This document shows positions 49,603 through 60,583 of a stretch of 64,000 bases of DNA, in pieces. Origin of the DNA: Mizuhopecten yessoensis. Lineage: Eukaryota. The translations under genes and the position numbers were made by a program. Every line of letters begins with the position of its first letter. Position 1 is the stretch's first letter. The DNA is taken from NCBI RefSeq assembly GCF_002113885.1, contig NW_018405747.1, positions 1,155,306 to 1,219,305 on the forward strand, in the 5' to 3' direction. The notes beneath the pieces were generated by a model. That model saw nothing but the letters and a program-made list of their open reading frames with translations, was not told the origin of the DNA and did not search any database.

Positions 49603-50515
49603 CCTGACATCTCTTACCTAAACATTGTTAATACATCTGATTGTGACTTATAATAACAAAGATATCTGAGTGTAGTACATTGTATTCATGTTTTTTACCA
49701 CACTTTACGGTTGTACATGTGTTCCTATTTTTGTAGGAAAGATATAAGACCGTCTTTACCTACATTTTACCTAGGAAAGACAGTTCAAACGTGCCTCTGA
49801 AGACATTACCACTTCAGCATAGACGTACATCACCACTTTATGTAGTGTAACCATGTCACAATAGAATCATGTTATTGTAGTTTTACTTATTTTTTTTAAC
49901 CAGTGATGATGTCACTTGGTGCATTGGTTTCACAATTTAAAACAATTTTTGTTTTGTTTACAGTAAGATATTGTAGGAGAAAATATCTATTATTCCAGTG
50001 TGATGCAGACCGAGAAATGTCTACCTTGGGATATGATTTTTGGCATTCAGCACTCAACAAAGCCTCCAAAATCTTACTTCAGGTTAAGATTCCTTACTAC
50101 ATCACACGGGATTGATGGATTCAATTAACTGTATATACTTAGAAATAATGTAAGGCAAACATCAAATTTCTTGAGATTTTTTGTTTTTTCTTACATTTAG
50201 TGTGTTTTATGATACTGTTTGGCTAAAAAACAGTAAATTCATAGAAATTGTAATGTAAATAAAATATGCTACGACTCATAACTGGTCTTCAGTGTTTTAA
50301 AGTGGATGACAATTGTGCTAGTAAAATATCAATAACCCATCACTTTACAGTTTACAAGAGTACTTCTGCAAAATCTGTGCCGCTGTGCTTTTGGAAAACA
50401 ATGAACATTCAAATACAAGCAGTATAATTTAATGAACACTTTTCGCTGTGTTTATGCTGTAAACTTAGTTCTACAGTTATGATGAGTGTTGTTTTTAATA
50501 CACAAACTTTAAAGA

Positions 50516-50621
50516 ATGGTTCCTCCCCAATCTGATTAAAATCATATCCTACATTTTCTACGTATCACGTGATGTGTAGAGAACGAAGGATATGATTTTA
50601 ATCAGATTGGGGAAGAACCAT
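50516..50621. mobile_element. 106-bp fold-back MITE
   Basis: ATGGTTCCTCCCCAATCTGATTAAAATCATATCCT / AGGATATGATTTTAATCAGATTGGGGAAGAACCAT; centre TCACGTGA. Confidence 0.8.
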
Positions 50622-50969
50622 ATATCAAAATAAATCAAACTGGACAGACAGATGCAAACCATGCTTCATAATGGAAACATTGAATCCATTAGCGTCTAGC
50701 CAATTCAATGAGTTTGTACAAATCCGTGGGAATCTGGTTACTTCATGTTGTACCAGCAACATTGACCTTGAAATCCATTTGTTGCATATTGGTGTTCTGG
50801 AAGGTATCAAAGCTGTATAACATTAGAGATGTACAACATGACAATCTAGTACATTCTACCTAATTACATATCCATCACCTTTTTCACACACCAAATCATA
50901 TCACAATGCTATTCTTTACACTTCAAAGTGCTACTAAATTTCTTGACTAAATGTAGATGTGCACATACA

Positions 50970-51174
50970 TACTGTATAACATGTAATGTTTGTCGTATAT
51001 AAACATTCGTGGAGGCTAAGGAAAACCACGAAAATAAATAGAAGAAATTTACTTGATATACTTTACTACTTTTTGTTTATATGGGGAATCCACGAACGAT
51101 TGTACCACGAAACGATCAAAATGGCTTCAAGCCACGAAAGCAAAATACCCACAAATATTTCATGTTATACAGTA
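50970..51174. mobile_element. TA-flanked MITE (TACTGTA...TACAGTA type); decayed relatives at about 21060-21271 and 39382-39552
   Basis: TIRs TACTGTATAACATG / CATGTTATACAGTA with internal CCACGAAA repeats. Confidence 0.75.
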
Positions 51175-52307
51175 CATGTATAAATTGTCAACAAGATTAG
51201 ACAGTAACAAACCTGTAAACTATAAATTGATGTACCCTCGGATTAAATTACATAGAAAGGGTACATGTTTTATACTTATTCAAGGGCACATACTGGCATA
51301 CATTTAACATTTAAATATATGTTAAGCTAAACCAAATTTACAAGAAAGCTTATTCGTTACACAGAAATTATCCAGCAATACTTTTTTGCCCACAGAGGTT
51401 TATCAAATATTTTTTTCTGTAAAGTTGAAGCATGGAAATGTGTATAAGTTGGCCTAAAAAGTGTCCAGGAAGAATGGAAATATTTTGCTTCTTAAACACC
51501 TCGACAAAATTCTTCACTCATTGCTAAGTGTGAACATTGTGTAGATACAAACATGTTATAAACACTCGAGTAATTCTATAAATGTTAAACAAAGAGATAG
51601 TTCACCAAGTACTGTAAAATCTCTTTATAGCTGCAGGTAAGCCAGATCAGACAGATTAGTAATATTAAACTAAAATTAGATACACTGTAACAGTGCAACT
51701 GCACAGCCTGACAATCTCTAACAAAGGTCGATGGTATAAGGGAATACAAACAATCCTACTGGGGTTAATTACATTGATATCAAGGATAACAAGTTCCCTT
51801 GGTTATGTACATTAATACCTAATACAGTACATGTTTGCTGATAACAGGCTAAAGAGATCATATGGCACAACACTTTAAATACTAGACCGAGAATGCTGTA
51901 TCTGATAGGAAAGTCTGAGGTAAAGTACATGACTACACAGAGAAGTGGCGGAGGACGTACAGCTCCGTATGTAGGGAACACTACCATTAAACGTTCTAGC
52001 CAGCCTTTATTGTATATAAGCTTAAATGCGAAAGACTAATCATAGGAAATCTCTTACAAATTAGCACAAATCTTGGAAGTCTAATCACAATATGGCAGAA
52101 AAAGACCAAAATACTGGGACTATTTACTGGCCTTCATCATTTCATGGGCTTCTCCTTACAGTTTGGTGATATCCCTAGTTCTCAACAGTGTAAATATACT
52201 GGAGGCCTCGATCTTGCAGCGACCCAGGTTTGACCTCCTCTTGGCATGGACGGATATAGCATATCACAGATATGCAGACTAAAAGTCACAATAATGTCCA
52301 AAATGTC

Positions 52308-55300
52308 CTACCGCGGCAACACTCGTCGCGGCTGTGCTTGTTGCTTTTGTTGTGATCTTGCTGTTGATAATTCTGATTCTGTTACGTCATCTTCATCGTC
52401 AGTTTCGTATTCGTCATCATCATCATCATCATCATCGTCGTCGTCGTCGTCGTCATCATCGTCGAGATCCATTACCTAATCAACAGGATAAGTTGAGTAT
52501 TACACTGATGACACTATATTCACAGCACATTTTGAAAACATTTACCTTAACCTATAAATGATCATGAATGACATTTACAGTAGAGATAAAGACCCTTAAA
52601 GATCAATTTGTATCAAAATTATCTTTTTAATGTGGAGAGAACTTATCTTAAATCCCCTAAATGTTGAAAAATGACTTGTTAAAATATATTTGTAGTTCTG
52701 TTCATAAAAAATAACATCCCCAATGACCTAATTAATTAATACCTGTGACATTGACCTTGGGGTGACAACAGTGTCATCATTTATCATCATCATGGGGAAT
52801 TTCATATTTAGAATACTTGAGCCTGCATGGTAATATCGAAAATGTTTTTAGCTCAACCTATATTTTCATAGTTAATATTGAAAAGGTTTATACTAGCCCA
52901 TCATGAAATCTAGTTGTCCTGGTTATCAGGATAGTGGGATTGTACAGCACTAAACAGTATATCCTTGTTAGCAGGAGTGGTACGTACCGGTATTCGTGTT
53001 CGAGACTGTGTTCCTGCGGGGGGTTTGGTGGGCGTGGATTGAGAACTTGTAGGGGCTGACTGCTGTCGGTTCATCTTGGAGGGTGTTGACTGTTTGGAGT
53101 TTGTGTTGGAGTTGAGAGAGGAATAGGAGGAGGATCTGACCATATTCATCCTGGCTGCAGAGTTAGGTGGGGTGAGCTTGGAGCGAAATTCCTGTTAAAT
53201 TTCAGAGAAACATTCATTACTCTTTTCTCCACTGTTGCATTAAATTCTTTGTACATCATTATTTTCCTGCAAATAAGTAATTTTGATAAAAGTCAATTAC
53301 ACAAAGGTATAATGAAATCATCCCTATTCAAGAGGCCCTGATGGGCCTGTATAATGTATCACTCACCTTGTCTAAAATATGATTTAATGCTGTAATGATT
53401 TTAATACCTGGGTATTTCTAAGACAAAATGAAATTTTGAAAAATATCAATTTTTTATAATTTTTTTATAGAAGAGGCCTTCATTTATACCATACTGAATC
53501 ACATTTGCCAATGAATACTTCAAATACTGGATGTTTTAAAATTTTGACCTATATCTAACGAGTATCCAATATTTACCTCCATTTCCCCATGTTGGGTTCT
53601 CCAAAGTGGGTTGCACCCTTGAGTTTTGATACATGCTATATATATCTGATACTTCACAAAAAATATAATTGTAACAGGAAAGAGAATAATGTGCTTCCAC
53701 CGGGGATTGAACCCTCGATCTCCAGGTTCCTTGTCGGACGCTCTACCACTGAGCTAAAGGGAAATTCCCCCTAGCTCGAAGGCGACCTTAATCCTATGTA
53801 CAATTACCTCTATGTCCTCCTCCACATCAACAGAGGTGAGGTTCTGGAAGCATTGTGTGTACATCTCCAGTGCCTTGGCATGGAACATCATTTCGATGTT
53901 CACAAAGTCACACAACATTTTCTAGAAAAGAATGATGTTTTTCTGGTGAACAACTACATTTAATATTGGTATAATTTTTTTTTATATATCAAACATGCCA
54001 GAAAAATATAGTGTCTTGCATGAAACCTTGATTGTATAGTAACATTGACCTTAATAGACTCGTAAGTCACATACAATTCATTCTAGCTTTTACCTTATCC
54101 CAGAAGTCTGCACGGGCAAATATTTGATGAACATCCACACACAACATGTACGGTTAAACAAATATTTCATTACTTTTCATTAGAATGCAATTCACCTGCA
54201 GACTTAATAAAATACATCAGTGCAACATAAACACACCTTCACATCTTTAAGCTTTTCTAGCTCAAACTTGTCAACCTGTTGATGAAGGTTTTTTGATGTT
54301 CGTGAAGCCTCTACACTAGCCTTCTGTAGCTCGGTCTCGGCCTGCGAGATCTGAGATTGGTTCCCCGGATTCTTCTGTCGCAGCATGTCTAGCCTCCTTT
54401 TCTGTTTTGTTTCTTTGTCCTGAGCATTAAATGCTGACTTGAGGTCGTTTTTTGCTTGTTTGCACTTAATTCCATAGTTACTTAAAGGTTGTACAACTTT
54501 GGCGTCAAGTCTTGTAACCTGGAAAATAAAACATAATACATATATATATATTGAATATGGGGCAAAGAAGTAATTCCAACAGTGTGAACAAGTTAAGGTT
54601 GTTTAGGTAAGGACAAGTTTAGGTTAAGTTTAGGTTGTTTAGCTATAATGTATAATGTAAAACATAATATGTATTGAATATATATTATAATTTACATTAT
54701 TTGAAAATAATACATGCATCTATGCTTCTACACATGGCTTAGTTGTTCTGTGTTGATTTTAAGAAATATGTCCCAAAAATGGGAAAATATGTTTTTTGTT
54801 TGTTTTTTAACCCTTTCACCCCTATGCAACTTTAGTAGACTCTACCATACATTGATCTGGATGAGTCTATTATGGTCTACAGTGGTGCAAGGGTTTACCT
54901 ATTTACAAAAAAATAGGCAAAACAACAATTAACCTATGAAAACTGTATTGAAATATTTATTGGTTCATCTTTTTTAATCTTTTTGTCAGGTTGTATGTGT
55001 ACTTTCCGTATTTGTCCTAAAAATGCCATAGCTGATATCACTGTAACACATACTTCTGCCTGTCTATAATCCTGTATGGCTGATAAGTTTGATGCAAACT
55101 CTGTGAGACATCTCAGCGTAGATGGGTTATGAGAATTTGCCTCCGAGTAGGTTGTTACATCCTTAGCCAACTGGTCTCCTAGAAATAAATCACAGGAAAA
55201 GCAAAAATTAGGAAGATTATTTTTTGTAACTTAAAGAGCTGATGAATGGACAGTGTAAGGCATAACATATGCTAATATAGATTTCTAATCCTCCATACTT

Positions 55301-58300
55301 GCAATAGGTTGTTATTTTGGCTTGTTATACACACTGGTAAATAGTTCAGTTTTACTACTGCAAACTAATTAAGATTAAGATAATGTAAAGCATCAAATCC
55401 TTTTCAAAATAACACATTATTCACGAAAGATGATCAATAATACAGCATAAGGAAACTTTTATATCAACAGGATCTTCGTTATTTGTCTACAATACCTAGG
55501 TTTGCAAGTCCTGCAGTTTTAAATGCTTTCCAGTATTTGGATGTCTGCTAGTGCTGCGTTCAGTCTATAAGCTACTGTTAAATAGTTTCTGTCTACTGTA
55601 TATATACCTTTATCTCTCAGTTTTGCTGTTTTCCTTGTTATAGAAGACATGGTGTCGCATAGCTGTCCAAAATGCTTCTCCACCAGGGACACTCGATCCT
55701 GTATAAATTTAGACTGAGTTTCACTGAAAAGCAAAATAAATGAAAATTGTACATTTTGTTCTATAATTTAAATCACTAAAATAAAATGAGAAACTGTTTT
55801 TATGGTTTTAAAATCATGATCATATAACTTCTGCATCATTGCACATCTATTTTAAGATCCATTTAGAAATGCACAGGATCCTTGCTGACTGCCAGCATGG
55901 TTTCATGGCTAGAGGTAGCTGCAAAATTCAACTATCAGCTTGAGCTCTCTGCCACAAGGAGGCCAGAATGTTGACCAAGGTGGTTCAAATAAGCCAGTGT
56001 TTTTATCATCTTCAATAAGATTCATCAGTTTGGAAATACGCGATATCAAAGTTTTACTTTCCACACAAACAATGTAGGTATTAAAAGTGTCGCAACGTTT
56101 CAAGACTGACTGGCCACGGTCCCTTTGTCTAGCTATGACTGAACTCAAGATCAAGGTTCAACCTTCACAGTACACAGCTACATGTAGGTTGTAAGGACTC
56201 AACATATTACCATGGAAATAATCATCAGAAGAGACACTATTGATCAATGATGTACCTCAAGGGACAGTACTATAGGGGCACAGTTCTGCTTAAAATAATG
56301 AAGAGCGCTGTTGTGCAATAGGTCATGGTAGCATGTTGTTAGGATTCTGATCAAACTGATGTTTATATATAAGGCCAACTGTACTTCCAAGTACAGCTCA
56401 TTGACAGGTCTGTAACAAATTAACCACAATGTGTGTATTTATACTAAATAGTAGAATAAACTCTCTGGTTTTTTTTAGACTTGTGATCTTTACAGGCCTG
56501 TCGGTCTTTTTTTATAATTGAATACCCTGATCTTATATGAAACTATTATGCAACCTTTATTATCACCCACTGCACCTGTATATCATTCTCACTAGTATTC
56601 TTCAATGTCTCCTAATGCAACCGGAAGTGAAGTGGACAGAATTAAGAAGCACCTAGACGCTTACAACGGTGCCGCCTGCAATGAACCAACTGTTGACAAA
56701 GGGTATTGATCCTTAAGCAAAATGGATATTTAACCTTTAATTTTATTGCTCATTCTACTGACCTGGAATGGAGTGTAATAGAGTCTGGTTTGATATTATA
56801 CATCCCTAAACTTAAGTGTTACACTCTCTGCACCCCAAGGAATATGTCATGATGGATTTGAAGGCTTTGTATACACCACCTTCTGGATTACATAGTTTGA
56901 TCGTCTGATGCTTATCAAAATTATCACAGGGCAGTGTGATGGTAATTTTGACTGGCTTTGAAGCCTTGTTTCATTCCTCTGTAAACCTGAAGGCAGGTAG
57001 ATGTATCAGACTCGTGATTTGTCAGTTTTACTTTGTGACTTTAAACATATTTCATTAACCAGAATTGAAGAACTACTACTTATATGAATAGCTTCTGCCC
57101 TTCTACAATGGTAAAATGGAATGCACTTGATAGCACTGTATGAGACTCCATCTCAATTTCATCTTTTAAAAAGAAACTTAAAAAAAACTTTGATACATCC
57201 GTCTCAGAAACTTTTACTAGCTGTGTTCCGAGGAAACTTAACATAATTTTATGTCAGCTGAGAAATTTTAAAAGTGATCTTAACTGTGATAAGTTACAAG
57301 ACCATCTGATTTATGATGCTTCCTGTGTATGTGGTGTACAGAGGGAAGATCTAATACATTTTTCTTTCAATGTCCTCTGTATTCTAATATCAGGCATCAT
57401 ATTACCACTATTTATAATCTATTATGATATTTAAATCTGCACTGTTTAGTATATGGTATTAGTAATGACCAATTAAATAAAACTATTCTTCTACATGTTG
57501 CCTCTTATATCAAATCATCAAATCGTTTCGTTACTTATACGTCCTAGATAAATTCCAAATGAATATTCATGTATTGTTATTATTATTGTTATTCAGGCAA
57601 GTTTTATCCCTTAAATAACGAGTATTAGACATAAGCTGGTGTGGGTGTGCATGAGTGTGAGAGGAAAACGAAACACAACATTTTATATATTTAAGCATTG
57701 TACATAGCTACCGGAATTAGAAGACTGTTATATGCAAAGCCTGTTGTCTTATTCTTTTGTCAATACTGTTCTAATATCTTCTTTAATGTTAACTTATATG
57801 TTTGTATTACATATGTATTGTCAATAAAATACTTTTGAAATAAAAGAAATTGGAAAATAGGATTTGGCACAAGTTATTACAACAATAATTCAAAACAACA
57901 GATGATGATATAGACTGTCACTTACAATTCATAGTAGTATGAAGCGATTTTTAAAGTAACACATACAGATACAAACAAAAAAAACATGTTTTAAAGTCAA
58001 GTTCATGATACTATGTTTTACTATATNGGGGGGGTTGCAGACAATAGTAAAATAGTGTAACCTATGGAATTTTGAGGATGGATATGAGTGTCTGTGCTGA
58101 GATATTTAAGTGGCATGTTACTATTTTGAGGATGGTATGAGTGTTTGTGCTGCGATATTCAAGTGGTATGTATATATCTGTGCATGTAAGATGCTGTCGG
58201 AAACAATGTCCCTTAGCAAAACAGAACACAAAAATATCCTCCAGCACATTCAATGGTATAGCGGAAAGGAGTTAATTACATTGATGTCTATGACTATTAT

Positions 58301-58500
58301 AACTATGCAAATTTAGCCGAAATCATTGAAATAATACCGCGCAAAATGTCAAAATGAACAAGTCAAGTCACGAATGCCTCATAAAATATCCAACCAAAAA
58401 CGAAAACCTTTGTTGAATCCGGTAATATCTTGATTCTAACAGTCACAATGTGACGATAAAATATTTACCTTGCCCTCATTTCGGCACCTGTTCGACTCAT
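52308..58500 (-). CDS. CIBAR1: CBY1-interacting BAR-domain protein (FAM92 family), 7 exons, 346 aa
   Basis: Exons 58500-58469, 55723-55608, 55178-55054, 54518-54237, 53921-53808, 53191-52988, 52475-52308, all in phase. Motifs VEKHFGQLC..RKTAKLRDKGD, IQDYRQAEVTRLDAKVVQPL..YG, FELEKLKDVK, IEMMFHAKALEMYT. Confidence 0.92.
52411..52464 (-). repeat. Coding (GAY)n microsatellite giving a poly-Asp tract
   Basis: GAC/GAT run in the last CIBAR1 exon. Confidence 0.9.
53670..53802 (-). mobile_element. Solo LTR containing a tRNA-like sequence (Helenus-type)
   Basis: Minus: TGTACATAGG...GGGAATTTCCCTTTAGCTCAGTGGTAGAGCGTCCGA...GGTTCAATCCC...CTCTTTCCTGTTACA, 133 bp. Confidence 0.7.
54807..54897 (-). mobile_element. 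83-bp TTAA-flanked MITE, family A (inverted copy)
   Basis: Reverse complement of 37602-37692. Confidence 0.82.
55825..56300 (+). mobile_element. Decayed non-LTR retrotransposon reverse-transcriptase fragments
   Basis: Translates to ILADCQHGFMARGSCKIQL and VPQGTVL (LINE RT motifs); interrupted. Confidence 0.65.
56870..57845 (+). mobile_element. 3' end of a CR1/L2-group LINE, decayed
   Basis: SFCPSTMVKWNAL and LCQLRNFKSDLN...SCVCGVQREDLIHF..CPLY (C-terminal CCHC motif), followed by an AATAAA/A-rich tail. Confidence 0.7.
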
Positions 58501-59120
58501 TATCACTTAATCCTTCAATAACTGTGGTTTTGAAACATTACAATCAACTTCAAAATTCCTTCGTGTGAAATTACTATCTTCTAAACAGGAGAGCTCGTCT
58601 AAAACAACATAAAAATGAAAACGCCCTTATCCGGAACAATGGGAGCGGTTATCAATTAGTACTAGTATTAGCATAATTTAGAATAAACAAACTCAAATTC
58701 TTATTTAATAAATGCCATTACAAAAATATCTTATCTAAATGATGATAAAATGGCATTGTTGTTTTTTATTATAATAGATTTTTATTATTTAATTGTTCTG
58801 ACCGGCTTTTACTTTCACTTTGGTAGACATGCGCATTGACCTACAAATGCAGACAGACGCATCGAACTCTAGTTTTAATCCAAACATGCGAAAATTCGTG
58901 TTTTTATGGTGAGAATTGTGCAGTTAGGCCAATTTTATTCATACTCCAATGATGAAACTGATACCGAAAGGACATTTTGGCATATAAATCACCGAAAGGT
59001 GCTGTAACGTAACGTTATATTGTTTTCATATAGTTTTCATGTAGTGTCGACGTCAAAATAAGCCGATCCAGCTTCTTGGGACACATCTGTATACTGTTCT
59101 CTAATCATGTCCGGTTGTGA
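58501..59120. promoter_or_regulatory. Probable bidirectional promoter and 5' non-coding exons, CIBAR1/POMGNT2
   Basis: Locally CpG-richer; CCGGAA and ACTTTCACTTT motifs; plus-strand donor GTGAGT near 59117 and acceptor TTTCAG at 60525 ahead of the POMGNT2 ATG. Confidence 0.45.
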
Positions 59121-59840
59121 GTAACATGTAGGTACACATTTTTGGTGATGATGACGCATGTGATTGATATTAGATGTTATCAGAAAATATCTTTAATTGT
59201 AAGTATTTATTAGTGGCATTTGAAATTCAGTATTGAAGTATATAATGGACCTCCAAACATCACATGTACGCACATAATATCATGATGAGTTATTCAGCAA
59301 CCGAAGTGGCTGCTGCTTTGGTGCGTGGAGGTTGGAGGACTGGGGGATGGGGTGGTGGGAATATAGGGGTGTTGTTGGTAACATATAATGTGTAAAGCAA
59401 AAAAATAATTTAAAAAAGAAACACTATTCATTCTGGCTAGTGGTGTCCAAAATTACTAGTCAACATGCAAATTCCACTAACCCAATAATATTCAACATGA
59501 AAAATAATGTTAGATTTTGACTAGTTGTCATTTGGTTTAGCAGTTTTTTAGAAGCACCTGTCCAACTGGAGATTTCACAGGTCTCACACTACCAAGCTAC
59601 CCTTATTGTCTAGTCCTGATTTAAATAATGCCATAATGGTGATCGCGGATCATCGACCATCACAGTTGATGTCATGGTCATGATTTATTCAAGCAGATTT
59701 TTTTTTATTATAACCATGTAGTGCACCTTATTGCAAAACCTGAAAATAACCTGTGTCAAATGTATATTATTAGGACCCCTGTCCAACTGCACTGTGTTTT
59801 TTCATATATACAGTAACCTCCCCTTAATTTTATTTCAGAT

Positions 59841-60229
59841 TAAGGGTACATTCGCGTAACCGATTGAACCAGTTGAACATGTAAAGAAAACAACAGGCAC
59901 AGATTTGAACCGAGGCTGACCTCAGGAAAATTTGGCATGTTTAGATTGAGGGGTCCAGACAAACCTGACCGAAACTTAACTGCTGAATATTTGCTAGTTT
60001 GCGTTATTTCTTTCTAAAACAATGTCAAGCCACATGTAGTTTTTAAGATACCTTTTGTAATTCAGTGGACGTTTGAAAAAATGGCATAATATTCTTGATA
60101 CATTATTTTCTATTCTCTGAAACTGCATTTTTAGCTCTGCTTATAGAATGGTCCAAGTGCGTTCGTTTATCGTGGAATATTTCTGCGCCACACGTACCGT
60201 TTCAACCAGGATACCTGAATGTAGCCTTG
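59841..60229. mobile_element. PIF/Harbinger-like MITE
   Basis: Imperfect TIRs AGGGTACATTC / GAATGTAGCCT with TWA-like flanks; a second deleted copy at 15018. Confidence 0.6.
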
Positions 60230-60583
60230 ATGTAGCACAGTTGGTCGAGGACACTTCTGATGACAAAGCAACAGTATAATCCTGTTGTAGCCCCACTGAA
60301 TCTTACACTCAGAACCCTGTTGCTGATTATATTTTGTTTATTTCCTCTGTTTTCTTTTTTAGGAATGATTCATCAAGGCTGTTATAAGTGTTGCTAAAGA
60401 AAAAAGTTTTCAATGCATAGTAACAGCTTTTGGCAGTGGTACAAAAATTCCTTAAAGCAATTTGTTGTATAAATTTATTGTTCAACTTTAAATGTATAAT
60501 GATTCTGTTTTCTTTTTATTTCAGATTTGACATGTAAAGTCGTTTTTAATTTGGACCAAAGCTCTAGTATCTGAAAACAAAGA

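Noticed and set aside
52246-52561. Poly-Ser and poly-His ORFs on the plus strand
   Set aside because: Antisense reading of the CIBAR1 poly-Asp microsatellite.
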